Positions 8,292-16,865 of a DNA stretch of 52,375 bases are shown piece after piece. The DNA comes from an uncultured Candidatus Saccharibacteria bacterium (GTDB lineage Bacteria > Patescibacteriota > Saccharimonadia > Saccharimonadales > JANWIN01), in the NCBI GenBank assembly GCA_964520375.1, contig CAZFNQ010000002.1, positions 1 through 52,375 of the forward strand, read 5' to 3'. The position numbers were made by a program, and so were the translations under genes. Each line of letters opens with the position of its first letter. Within the stretch, counting starts at the first letter, position 1. The notes under the pieces were generated by a model. That model ran no database searches and was not told the DNA's origin. It saw nothing but the letters and a program-made list of their open reading frames with translations.

Positions 8292-9305
8292 TTAGCTGGC
8301 TTCATCTAGCACTTCACGGGCTACTCGCTCTAATTTACTTATCGCTTTTTTTAAAACCCTACTTACATATTGATGATTAGTTCCTATAATTTTTGCTACT
8401 TGCCTTTGGGTAGGTTGTTTGCCACTTTCATCTGGCCGTAAGCAATCCATAACTTGCCTTTCACGCGCAGTTAATTCTGCTAGATCGTAAAGACGTTTTT
8501 TAATTAGGGCATCGTCCTTGTTTACTTCTATTTGCTGTAAGGCTTGTTCTTCGGTACTTGGTATCGTTCTATCCGATAAGAAATCACTCAAAGTATTTGA
8601 ACCGCTTAACCTTCCAACTTCTTGATCAATGGAGATAATTTCTTGAACTTGTAATAGCCGCCTTACATCTTCAAGCGGTTCAAGTGCTATGTCTGCAATC
8701 TCCTCCTCCGTCGGCCATCTATGAAGATCTTGATATAAACGGTTATTTATAGCTCTGACTTTATCTAGTCTATTTTGATCCTCATGAGTTAAACGAATGC
8801 TACGTGCTTGTTTTTCAAAGCCACGTTTTATTGAGACATCTATCCAATGTTGCGCATACGTACTCAACCTAGTGCCCCGCCGCGGGTCGAACTTATCTAC
8901 TCCTCTCATCAAGCCAATATTGCCGTTTTGAATAATGTCTACCAATGGCAAACCCCTTCCTTGAAATCTCTTCGCCCTAGATACAACAAATAGAAGATTG
9001 GCTCGAAGTATTTCATCCCTTGCTTCTTTACCGGCCCGTATCTTTGGATCGACTATTGCCTCAATTAAGGGTTCATAATTAAAAAATGTATGTATGCCGT
9101 TTAAAGCCAAATAGGCCGCTTTTACTTCTCTGGCTCTCATACCTTCCTGGAAGTTCCTAGCTAGTAGATGCTCCCTGTCTTTGCTAAGCCGCGGAGGATT
9201 ACCAATGTCTAGCATATATTGCTTATAGGAATCTACGTACAAGCCATCGATTGCTTCGCGTTGGTTTGATTGGCCGCTTGTTGATTCTTGGTTGTCAATT
9301 TGCAC
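8292..9305 (-). CDS. RNA polymerase sigma-70 family factor, group 1/2-like and divergent
   Basis: Region 2 reads ANLLFVVSRAKRFQGRGLPLVDIIQNGNIGLMRGVDKFDPRRGTRLSTYAQHWI, compared with RpoD ANLRLVVSIAKKY..GL.F.DLIQEGNIGLMKAVDKF. A region 4 HTH (QRQVAKIIGTNHQYVSRVLKKAISKL) is present. GTG start at 9305, so the start is uncertain. Confidence 0.85.
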   Translation of the reverse strand: MQIDNQESTSGQSNQREAIDGLYVDSYKQYMLDIGNPPRLSKDREHLLARNFQEGMRAREVKAAYLALNGIHTFFNYEPLIEAIVDPKIRAGKEARDEILRANLLFVVSRAKRFQGRGLPLVDIIQNGNIGLMRGVDKFDPRRGTRLSTYAQHWIDVSIKRGFEKQARSIRLTHEDQNRLDKVRAINNRLYQDLHRWPTEEEIADIALEPLEDVRRLLQVQEIISIDQEVGRLSGSNTLSDFLSDRTIPSTEEQALQQIEVNKDDALIKKRLYDLAELTARERQVMDCLRPDESGKQPTQRQVAKIIGTNHQYVSRVLKKAISKLERVAREVLDEAS

Positions 9306-9392
9306 TGAAACACCTTACTAAAGCGCCTGTTTGGCGATTATTTCAATAATCTCTACTATTATAACCCCCTTGTCAAATCTTATATGTTTGGT

Positions 9393-9788
9393 TTATTGTG
9401 GAGTGATTTCAATTTTATCTGCGGGCATTTCCTGAACAATTACATGTTTACTATCACTAATACGTTCTTTGAACCATCTAATAGCTGACATTACAAATAT
9501 TACACTTTCGCGTTGACCGCTAAATGTTTTAACACGTTCACACAAATCCTGCATGGAATACTTTTTGGATATAGCCTCACCGTGTGTAGCCAGATGTTCA
9601 TATAAAACACTCAGTTCATATGGACTGAGAGGAGTTTTAATATTGCCTTGATCATCTTCAAGTCTTAGGACTGATGCCTGACCCTCATTAGCCAAATCGC
9701 TAACAACCAAATTTACGGCTGACCAATCTAAGGTTGAGCCATGTTCTGGATCTACAAATGCAATTTCTCTTTCTCCTGATAATGGCAT
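9393..9788 (-). CDS. Hypothetical protein
   Basis: 131-aa ORF between recO and the sigma factor with an ATG start. No motif recognised. Confidence 0.45.
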   Translation of the reverse strand: MPLSGEREIAFVDPEHGSTLDWSAVNLVVSDLANEGQASVLRLEDDQGNIKTPLSPYELSVLYEHLATHGEAISKKYSMQDLCERVKTFSGQRESVIFVMSAIRWFKERISDSKHVIVQEMPADKIEITPQ

Positions 9789-9814
9789 GGTTATATGATA
9801 ATTATAGTAACTTT

Positions 9815-10507
9815 TTAGCGATGAATAAACTGCTGGCGCATGGATTTAACTATTCCTAGACTGTTAGTCAAAACCTTATCAAGATCTCCGACTTGACCCA
9901 GTTTAAGCGGTGATTGCAACCCAAATGCCAAGCGTATGAGTTTAATATGATTGGCACCAATAGTACCTGCTGGCCGGGCCATAAATGCCATTTTATCAAT
10001 ATCAAAACCGTACTTTGTATTTTGATTAAGTTTACTGCCGCTGGTATCGGTTTTTAAATTAGGCGAATGGCCTGCCAGCTTTAATATCTGAGCATACAGC
10101 CATAGTTCAATGGCCGGTTGTGGTAAGCTAGTTTCATCTAACGCTTCCAATGCGTAGCTAAGCAGCTCAAAATACTCCTCACCGGCGTTATCTTCTACCG
10201 TTTTATTAATTAATTTTATAATTTCGTAGCCAAACATAGTACGGTTTATATCGCTAGCAATGCGACTAAAATGTTTTTGCAAACGGCTAGAAATCAGAGT
10301 GTAAATTTCACTTCGGCCATGTATGAAGCTAATCTGACTTATGCTGAACAATTCTATACCGCCAGCTAATTTGCTTTTAACTTTACGGACACCCTTAGCA
10401 ATAACCCGTATTCGTCCGTGATCGGGTGTTAAAATAGTCAAAATACGATCGGCTTCACCAAAATCTGTGCGACCTAGCACTATGCCAGTAGTTACGACCC
10501 GGTTCAT
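9815..10507 (-). CDS. recO: DNA repair protein RecO
   Basis: An N-terminal OB-fold pattern (GIVLGRTDFGEADRILTILTPDHGRIRVIAKGVRK) and a length of 230 aa are typical of RecO. Its start overlaps the upstream stop as ATGA. Confidence 0.85.
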   Translation of the reverse strand: MNRVVTTGIVLGRTDFGEADRILTILTPDHGRIRVIAKGVRKVKSKLAGGIELFSISQISFIHGRSEIYTLISSRLQKHFSRIASDINRTMFGYEIIKLINKTVEDNAGEEYFELLSYALEALDETSLPQPAIELWLYAQILKLAGHSPNLKTDTSGSKLNQNTKYGFDIDKMAFMARPAGTIGANHIKLIRLAFGLQSPLKLGQVGDLDKVLTNSLGIVKSMRQQFIHR

Positions 10508-10887
10508 TGCGCCGTAGTCAGGATATTGTCAACTGAGTTATTGAGAGTAGCTAGTTTGGTTACAGGTTTATAGTGATACGCCACAATATGCAAATTATCC
10601 CAGAGCATAGAGCTTATAGCCTTAAGTGTCGGCGGTACCAGACTATGAACTATAACTGGTACGGTTTGCCAGTCCTGATAGGAGCGCAGTTCATATAAAA
10701 ACTCAATGCCATTATGAACTGGTAATTGTAATTCCAATATTACGATATCCGGCTTAAAGCTATCAACTCCGTGAATGGCCGCTTGGGCGGTGGCGCATAC
10801 TTTAATCTTATGGCCCCGGTTTTTTAGAGAATGTATCAATGTTTGGGCCAAGTTGATATCCGGTTCAACAAGTAAAATCTTTGCCAT
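10504..10887 (-). CDS. Atypical single-domain response-regulator receiver with Glu at the phospho-acceptor position
   Basis: CheY-like layout: ILLVEPD, PDIVILELQLP (Glu where the acceptor Asp sits), VIVHS (Ser at the T87-equivalent) and YHYKP (conserved Lys-Pro). There is no output domain. Confidence 0.75.
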   Translation of the reverse strand: MAKILLVEPDINLAQTLIHSLKNRGHKIKVCATAQAAIHGVDSFKPDIVILELQLPVHNGIEFLYELRSYQDWQTVPVIVHSLVPPTLKAISSMLWDNLHIVAYHYKPVTKLATLNNSVDNILTTAQ

Positions 10888-10899
10888 AGCTATACCGAC

Positions 10900-11688
10900 T
10901 TAAACCAATGATGTTTGCCGACTGGGTGGAAAGGTAGCCGCTAAACCAGTTAATTTTTGATGGCGGGCCACATGCATATGGGCGGACATACTGGACAATA
11001 ACGAATCAGCTACAAATACACCGGTCCCAGTAGATGAGGTTAGCTGTATTAAAGGTTGTCGGGCATGACCGTAAAGTTCATGAGCCTTCTTATACATACT
11101 TGAGCCTAGACCTTCTAAATTAGCAAACATGCCGGCTACAATGCCGCCATGACTACGATGAGCAGCTAGTTTAATAAGAGATCTCTGCCCGGTATTTTGT
11201 CCGCTTTGAGCTTCTATAAAAACGTAGCCCAAACTGATTAAAGCTGCTTCCAGTCCAGCTTTGTGCGCCATAACCGGTTCGTACTTACCAGACAGGTGAA
11301 GTTCTAATTCACAGTTATACCGTTTAGCCAACCATGCCAGTTCATGAGCGCTATCACTTAAAACAGCTGAGAGAGAGACTGGCTCCAGCTGCAAATATGG
11401 CTGAGCCCGAGCTAGCTTGGTGCTAAGTAAGTAAAAATCCAAGAGTTTCAGGGCATTATCAGCAGTTAGTTCAATTGTTTCTAGTGCTAGGGCAGTATCA
11501 TTATTACCTCGAGCAAGTTCTGCTCGACGGGCAATTTGTAGCAGCGGTAGTTTCATTTGCTCAGCTAAGGCATTGAGTAGCCTCTCGCCTGTTTCCCCAG
11601 CGTTTTGCCTGCCGTTAGTACGCACATTACTCACAATAAATTTTCTCTTTTCTAATTCTAGTATACACTCCATCCACCCCCTAACCAT
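10900..11688 (-). CDS. Soluble histidine-kinase-like protein lacking the phospho-acceptor His and the N-box Asn (pseudokinase)
   Basis: Collinear with HisKA plus HATPase_c: LNALAEQMKLPLLQI compared with SHELRTPL (His replaced by Glu), then LEPVSLSAVL..., VMAHKAGLEAALISLGYVFIEA (N-box without Asn) and GTGVFVADSLLSSMSAHMHV (G2-like). No TM segments. Confidence 0.55.
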   Translation of the reverse strand: MVRGWMECILELEKRKFIVSNVRTNGRQNAGETGERLLNALAEQMKLPLLQIARRAELARGNNDTALALETIELTADNALKLLDFYLLSTKLARAQPYLQLEPVSLSAVLSDSAHELAWLAKRYNCELELHLSGKYEPVMAHKAGLEAALISLGYVFIEAQSGQNTGQRSLIKLAAHRSHGGIVAGMFANLEGLGSSMYKKAHELYGHARQPLIQLTSSTGTGVFVADSLLSSMSAHMHVARHQKLTGLAATFPPSRQTSLV

Positions 11689-11721
11689 TAGCGTTTAACG
11701 CTCAGTCAACAAATAAAAAGT

Positions 11722-12384
11722 TCAGGGTGAGAAAGACAAATTAGGCAGGATAAATTTATTGAAATCGCCAATATATTGGGATGATTCTGTCCAAATTTTA
11801 AGCGTTTTATCGCGTAGAGGGAACAACACCATGGTGCCCTGCTTTTCACTATCTATCGCACCAACAACCTTAGAGCCTAGCGTGCCCTGTACTTTGGCCG
11901 CCCTAAAAGGTGTAACTTTGGCGGTGCCGCTAGTTACTTGTTCGCTAAACTGAGCCAGCACATCACTGTAAGCATCGGCCACAACCTGAACCCTAAGCGC
12001 AAATGAAGTTTTAGATTGTACATCAGGAACAAAATTAGGATGAAAATAGCCATCCAAAGGGTTATTACTGTCAGAAGATTGGGAAATATAGGCACTCCAG
12101 GATTTGGGATATCTTATAAGTACGCTGCCATAGGTTTCGGGACCTCTGTATGTTTTTAGTGGTGATTTTTCTTTTTGAGCAAATTCGTTATCTTTAGCAG
12201 TAGCGGTTTTATCCTGAGCAATTTTTACCTGGGCGGCAATGATTTGATCAGCATTATTTTTATAATTCTGACGACTAGCAAAAGCCCAAAACCCAAAACT
12301 TAGAGCGCCAATAGCTAGTAGTGCTGCAAACAATAGTGCCGCCACCAAGGCAGTGTTGCTGCCCTTCTGATTTAACCTATTCAT
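11722..12384 (-). CDS. Hypothetical membrane-anchored extracytoplasmic protein
   Basis: The track ORF starts with TTG at 12420. I prefer the ATG at 12384 (MNRLNQKGSNTALVAALLFAALLAIGALSFGFWAF, a signal anchor). No known motif. Confidence 0.5.
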   Translation of the reverse strand: MNRLNQKGSNTALVAALLFAALLAIGALSFGFWAFASRQNYKNNADQIIAAQVKIAQDKTATAKDNEFAQKEKSPLKTYRGPETYGSVLIRYPKSWSAYISQSSDSNNPLDGYFHPNFVPDVQSKTSFALRVQVVADAYSDVLAQFSEQVTSGTAKVTPFRAAKVQGTLGSKVVGAIDSEKQGTMVLFPLRDKTLKIWTESSQYIGDFNKFILPNLSFSP

Positions 12385-12471
12385 AAGCGTAATATTACCT
12401 AAGATGTAGTTTGGTTGCAACTATGCGATCTATGAATAACTATTATACCCAGATAAACTGCTTATTCTTAG

Positions 12472-12675
12472 TTACTTATCCCAGCTCTTTTTTACTTTGA
12501 TAACCTTATTCTCGGCTACTTTTAGATGAGCTTGCAGTTTTTCAATTAATTTTATACCTTGTTCGTAGAGACTTATGGACTCATCAATATCTAGATCAGA
12601 TGATTGTAGCTTGTCCAAAATATTATCTAACTCATCATTTAACTTCTTGTAATCAATGGTGCGCGGTTTTGCCAT
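12472..12675 (-). CDS. xseB: Exodeoxyribonuclease VII small subunit
   Basis: The track ORF (to 12756) overlaps xseA. The ATG at 12675 (MAKPRTIDYKKLNDELDNILDKLQSSDLDIDESISLYEQG...) gives a typical 67-aa XseB and lies 4 nt after the xseA stop. Confidence 0.85.
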   Translation of the reverse strand: MAKPRTIDYKKLNDELDNILDKLQSSDLDIDESISLYEQGIKLIEKLQAHLKVAENKVIKVKKSWDK

Positions 12676-12679
12676 AATT

Positions 12680-13804
12680 TTATTGTAATATAACCTCATC
12701 TGCCCTAGCTTTAATACTTGCGTCGGCAATCTGAGCGCTAAATGTTTTACCGACACTTATTTGCTTGCCAGATCGTATGACTTTACCATCTAACCTTAAA
12801 ATTGCGTAACCGCGACCTAGTATGTTGGCTGGATTCAAGGCAACAAGTAAGTTATGCTTGCTAATTAGGTTTTGTTTTGCCTGTATGAATTGATGTGTCA
12901 ATAAAGTGCTGAATTGATTAAGCTGCTGTTTCAAGTCAGTTTGTAGATCAACCACTATCGAACGAATTCTCTGATCAAGAGCCTGTTTTGAAGTAATTAA
13001 GCGTTCCATCTCCTGACGTTTATCCGGAACAATTAATTCAGCAGCATTGCTGGGTGTGCTGGCACGCAAATCGGCAGCTAATTCGGCCAGGCTAATGTCT
13101 ACCTCATGCCCAACGGCTACCACTGTTGGTATGCGACTGGCAGCTATAGACCGCGTCACTAGCTCTGTACTAAATGCCGCCAAATCCTCAGCGCTGCCTC
13201 CGCCCCTAGTAACTACCAACACTTCTGGCGGTTGGGCTTGTTGATTGAAATAATCAACGGCTGCCACTATTTGACGCGGTGATACTTCTCCCTGCACTTG
13301 CACATCCGCTAGGCGTATTTCAATGCCGCCCCACCGGCCGTTTATGACTTTGATAAAGTCATGGAAAGCGGCTGATTCGCTAGAGGCAATAAGACCGACT
13401 GACTGGGGTGGATATGGCAATAGTCGCTTCCGGGCTGGCTCAAATAGACCTTCAGCCCGTAGTTTAGCTTCCAATAATTGGGAAGCCCTCTTTATTGAGC
13501 CTTCACCTACTGGTTGAATAGTATTTACATTTATACTAAAACCAAACTGTGGGTGCAGCTTAGGCGTACCACGGACTTGTAACAACAAACCGTCCTCCAG
13601 CGGTCCAGGTAACATATAAACGGAGCCAAAAAACCTTATGCTAGCTTGTTCATCTTTTAGATCAAAATACACCCAGCGGTTTTTACTGATCTTAAAATTA
13701 GCCAACTCCCCTACTATTACTACGCTGGGATAAGCATATTCTAAAGTTTGGTTAAAAATACTTACAAAATCACTGACGCCAAAAACCAGCTCTTCACTTT
13801 TCAT
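12680..13804 (-). CDS. xseA: Exodeoxyribonuclease VII large subunit
   Basis: 374 aa with an N-terminal OB fold (VVIVGELANFKISKNRWVYFDLKD), then VLVVTRGGGSAEDL and VGHEVD motifs. Confidence 0.9.
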   Translation of the reverse strand: MKSEELVFGVSDFVSIFNQTLEYAYPSVVIVGELANFKISKNRWVYFDLKDEQASIRFFGSVYMLPGPLEDGLLLQVRGTPKLHPQFGFSINVNTIQPVGEGSIKRASQLLEAKLRAEGLFEPARKRLLPYPPQSVGLIASSESAAFHDFIKVINGRWGGIEIRLADVQVQGEVSPRQIVAAVDYFNQQAQPPEVLVVTRGGGSAEDLAAFSTELVTRSIAASRIPTVVAVGHEVDISLAELAADLRASTPSNAAELIVPDKRQEMERLITSKQALDQRIRSIVVDLQTDLKQQLNQFSTLLTHQFIQAKQNLISKHNLLVALNPANILGRGYAILRLDGKVIRSGKQISVGKTFSAQIADASIKARADEVILQ

Positions 13805-14850
13805 GTTAATACTTGACGGCTTTCGCCGTGTAGCGCCTTGTAGTAAAAATAATAGCCGGCTGGCAACTGTATGAGCATATTCAGCACCCGGTACATTATT
13901 GTTACGGGTATGCTAAGCCCGGGCGGAATGCCTGCCGCTGCCAAAACAGCCGTCATAATAGCCTCAAATATTCCGACTCCCCCAGGCAGTACCGATATGA
14001 TACCCGCAAAATTAGCCACGGCGTAGGCCAAAATCACAGCCCCTGGGTTTACAAAATGGCCAAAGGCAATATATACAGTGTAAATTGTCATAACTTCGGC
14101 AATGTTGCAAGACAACGCAAAGAAAACTGGCTTTATTAACGCTCGCGGCTTAGATTTAAGTTTTAAATAATTTTCATGCAGCTCATTAAATGTATCGCGG
14201 GCGCGGAGTATATTGATTGTTTCCGGTGAGGCGCGTCTAAAAATATGAATAACTCGGTTAATTATTCTTGTAAGATAAGTAAAAAAGCTGTTTATTCGTC
14301 GCTGACTGCCAATAATAAACATTAACGCCAGAGTGCCAATTAGCAGCAGCGTAAAAAGTGAGGCAGCAATTAAAATTGTAAAGCTATTTACATTGCCGCC
14401 AATTGCTAATAACACTAATCCAACTGCCATCAGTATCTGGAATGATATAAATATGAATATGAACTTGGTAATTTGTAGAAAAGTTGATTTACTTCCTGCA
14501 ACTTGAGCATCGCGCATCCGAAGCGCAAAGTAGGAAATGCCCGACACGCCACCACTTGGAAATACGTTATTCACAAAATTAAGTTCCAGCTGAACTCGCA
14601 GCAGCGAACGGTAACGGATTCTTTCTCCCAAGATACGGTAAAGATGTTGGTAGAGTTTGGCATAAGAGTGATAATCTAGCCCCTGCCAAATAATCATAGC
14701 CGGTAGCGCCCAAGTATTAACCTCACCCAAGTTTGAAACTGTATCAACTATCTGCTTACGCACGGCATAAACTAAAACTACCAGGGCTCCGACAGTTACA
14801 ATATTTAAAATAAGTTTCCAGCGTCGGCGCCAAAAATGTGATTCGCTCAT
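13801..14850 (-). CDS. Polytopic membrane protein, LPG-synthase-TM/UPF0104 (flippase-like) family
   Basis: Multi-TM protein with NNVFPSGGVSGISYFALRM-type loops. I trimmed the start to the ATG at 14850 (MSESHFWRRRWK) so it does not overlap the divergent gene at 14931. Confidence 0.55.
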   Translation of the reverse strand: MSESHFWRRRWKLILNIVTVGALVVLVYAVRKQIVDTVSNLGEVNTWALPAMIIWQGLDYHSYAKLYQHLYRILGERIRYRSLLRVQLELNFVNNVFPSGGVSGISYFALRMRDAQVAGSKSTFLQITKFIFIFISFQILMAVGLVLLAIGGNVNSFTILIAASLFTLLLIGTLALMFIIGSQRRINSFFTYLTRIINRVIHIFRRASPETINILRARDTFNELHENYLKLKSKPRALIKPVFFALSCNIAEVMTIYTVYIAFGHFVNPGAVILAYAVANFAGIISVLPGGVGIFEAIMTAVLAAAGIPPGLSIPVTIMYRVLNMLIQLPAGYYFYYKALHGESRQVLT

Positions 14851-14930
14851 ATTATATACGCCATTATACCCCAAGCCGAAAGTTAGTGGTTGGAGTTCAG
14901 TGAACTGCCAGAAAACGGTATACTTGAGCC

Positions 14931-16133
14931 ATGTTCCCTTCAATCTGTATTTTGGGTCGCCAATCAGCCCTAGGGCTAGCTGAGCTAGAAAGTCTGTATG
15001 GTGCTGCCTCCGTGCAGCCAATTGGTAGCGTCGCAGCTTGGCTAAACAAGCCGCCGCAGGAAGTGTCCTTTGCCTACCTTGGCGGCACTATGAAATTTTG
15101 CAAATTGTTAACCGTGTTGGATTCAACCAAATGGGCAGATGTCCAAAAATTTTTAATTGGTGCTGTGCCCCAGCACGCCAAGAAGCTACCAGACGGCAAA
15201 ATGCGTATTGGATTGAGCGTTTACGGTCTTAAAGTTGAACCCAGACAAATTACTGGCACCGGTCTGGAACTTAAAAAAATGCTTAAAAAATCATCCAGAA
15301 GCACCCGGATAGTGCCGAATAATGAGCCAGCTTTAAACACCGCACAGGTATTGTACAATCAATTAACAGGTCCGTTGGGTTGGGAGTTGGTGTTTGTGCG
15401 AGACGGTGCCAAAACAATTGTGGCTCAAAGTATTGCCGTTCAAGATATTACCGCCTACAGCAAACGGGATCGTCAGCGACCAAGGCGAGATGCCCGAGTA
15501 GGCATGCTACCACCCAAACTGGCTCAAATTATCATCAACTTAGCTACTAGCGAAGCCATAGCACCAAACTGTGATCTAAAAGACTTGTTAGATAAGACTA
15601 TCTTGGATCCTTTTTGCGGTACAGGAACTCTGCTAATGGAGGCTGCTTTAATGGGCTACGCCGCATATGGTACGGATATTGAGCCACGTTTGATTGACTA
15701 TTCCAAAGAAAATTTGGAATGGTTAGAAAGAGAAACTAGTATTAAACCCTACTCAAACTTGGAGGTTGCAGATGCCACCGAACATAGATGGAGTAATAAA
15801 TTCAACTTTATTGCTAGCGAAGCATATTTGGGCCGGCCATTTACCTCCCCACCATCTAATGAAATCCTGCAACAAACAATCTCAGAAGTTAACACGATTA
15901 TTAAAAAGTTTTTACGCAATCTAGCCAGTCAAACTCGCCCAGGCCTGCGTTTATGTCTTGCCTTACCTGCCTGGAAAACAACTAGAGGCTTTGAGCACCT
16001 GCCAATACTTGATAATCTTAAGGGGTTAGGCTATAATCGGGTCAGTTTTGTTAATGCTGCGGGAGATGAATTAATTTATCACCGCGCGGGTCAAATTGTT
16101 GGCCGCGAACTAGTTGTATTAATACGATCGTAG
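14931..16133 (+). CDS. Class I SAM-dependent methyltransferase (UPF0020/Trm11/RlmL-like) with a non-canonical motif IV
   Basis: Motif I is ILDPFCGTGTLLMEAA, motif II YGTDIEP and motif III LEVADATE. Motif IV reads FIASEAYLGRP where NPPY/DPPY is expected. About 180 aa at the N-terminus are of unknown fold. Confidence 0.7.
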   Translation: MFPSICILGRQSALGLAELESLYGAASVQPIGSVAAWLNKPPQEVSFAYLGGTMKFCKLLTVLDSTKWADVQKFLIGAVPQHAKKLPDGKMRIGLSVYGLKVEPRQITGTGLELKKMLKKSSRSTRIVPNNEPALNTAQVLYNQLTGPLGWELVFVRDGAKTIVAQSIAVQDITAYSKRDRQRPRRDARVGMLPPKLAQIIINLATSEAIAPNCDLKDLLDKTILDPFCGTGTLLMEAALMGYAAYGTDIEPRLIDYSKENLEWLERETSIKPYSNLEVADATEHRWSNKFNFIASEAYLGRPFTSPPSNEILQQTISEVNTIIKKFLRNLASQTRPGLRLCLALPAWKTTRGFEHLPILDNLKGLGYNRVSFVNAAGDELIYHRAGQIVGRELVVLIRS

Positions 16134-16170
16134 AGTAGATAGCTCAGATCACATAAAAAGGATTTAGGAT

Positions 16171-16443
16171 ATGAGTCATGTTAAAGCAGGTGGCGCTGCA
16201 AAAAATGTCCATGATAGCCCCGGACAACGATTCGGAGTTAAGTTATTTGGCGGTGAAAAGGTCAAAACCGGTCAAATTATTCTGCGTCAAGCCGGCATGA
16301 CTAAGCGTGCTGGAAAAGGCACGTTTTTAAGTAAAGATTTTACGATTCACGCTGCAAAAGATGGAACCGTTAAATTTAACAGTCGCAAAGTCCGCTTATT
16401 TACTGGCAAATCTGTTCGTCGTACCGAAGCCAGCGTAGAATAA
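16171..16443 (+). CDS. rpmA: 50S ribosomal protein L27
   Basis: MSHVKAGGAAKNVHDSPGQRFGVKLFGGEKVKTGQIILRQ...GTKF-like pattern. 90 aa. SD AAAGGA upstream. Confidence 0.9.
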   Translation: MSHVKAGGAAKNVHDSPGQRFGVKLFGGEKVKTGQIILRQAGMTKRAGKGTFLSKDFTIHAAKDGTVKFNSRKVRLFTGKSVRRTEASVE

Positions 16444-16461
16444 ATGCTTTCAAAAATAAAA

Positions 16462-16487
16462 ACACCGCTGTACGAGCGGTGTTTTTT
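16462..16487. terminator. Bidirectional rho-independent terminator shared by rpmA (+) and the 16505-16723 ORF (-)
   Basis: Perfect 8-bp stem: acaccgct (16462-16469) pairs with agcggtgt (16475-16482). It is followed by TTTTTT on the plus strand and preceded by an A-run, which gives a U-tract on the minus strand. Confidence 0.7.
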
Positions 16488-16504
16488 GTTGCCTTGCTAT
16501 TGTT

Positions 16505-16723
16505 TTAGCCGGCTGGTGTAACTGCTGGTGGGACAGAACCGTCGCCACCGCCTGTTGCATCGCCATCACCAGGCATTGGGTCACCTGATGGTGCCGGTGT
16601 AGCTGGCTCTACTGGTGTAGTAGGCTCCATAGGAGGATTTGCTGGCGGCATTTGTGTACCACCGTCGCCATCACTGCCTGGTGTCGGTGCTGGTGTTTGA
16701 GGGGCTGGTGCGTTTGGATCCAT
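16505..16723 (-). CDS. Small acidic Pro/Gly/Thr/Ala-rich low-complexity protein
   Basis: 72-aa ORF with an AAGGAG Shine-Dalgarno sequence about 7 nt upstream of the ATG. A terminator lies downstream and an AT-rich promoter region upstream. No signal peptide and no homology recognised. Confidence 0.45.
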   Translation of the reverse strand: MDPNAPAPQTPAPTPGSDGDGGTQMPPANPPMEPTTPVEPATPAPSGDPMPGDGDATGGGDGSVPPAVTPAG

Positions 16724-16865
16724 TACGCAACTCCTTATTTATTTTGATATAACCCGCTTACTGTACCATAAGCGTTTGTCTTTGTCATCTTTATTTAATT
16801 GTCAAATTGACATCTATATTTGTATTAATTATTTTGTTTTATAAAAAGTGTCCCAGGGTAGAAAT

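Noticed and set aside
16171-16443. rpmA lacking the usual upstream rplU (L21) partner, considered as a possible annotation problem
   Set aside because: The L27 ORF is intact with an SD and a terminator. L21 is simply not in this window, and the operon split cannot be evaluated without the rest of the genome.
16505-16723. A locally GC-rich patch, considered as a horizontally transferred fragment
   Set aside because: The high GC follows directly from the Pro/Gly/Ala/Thr codon content of the ORF. The patch is only 219 nt with native-looking flanks, so it is treated as a low-complexity gene rather than an island.
16800-16812. Perfect palindrome TGTCAAATTGACA in the AT-rich spacer upstream of the Pro-rich ORF
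   Set aside because: It could be an operator or two back-to-back -35 hexamers. I could not pair either TTGACA with a convincing -10 at 16-18 nt, and a single 13-bp palindrome in AT-rich DNA is weak evidence.
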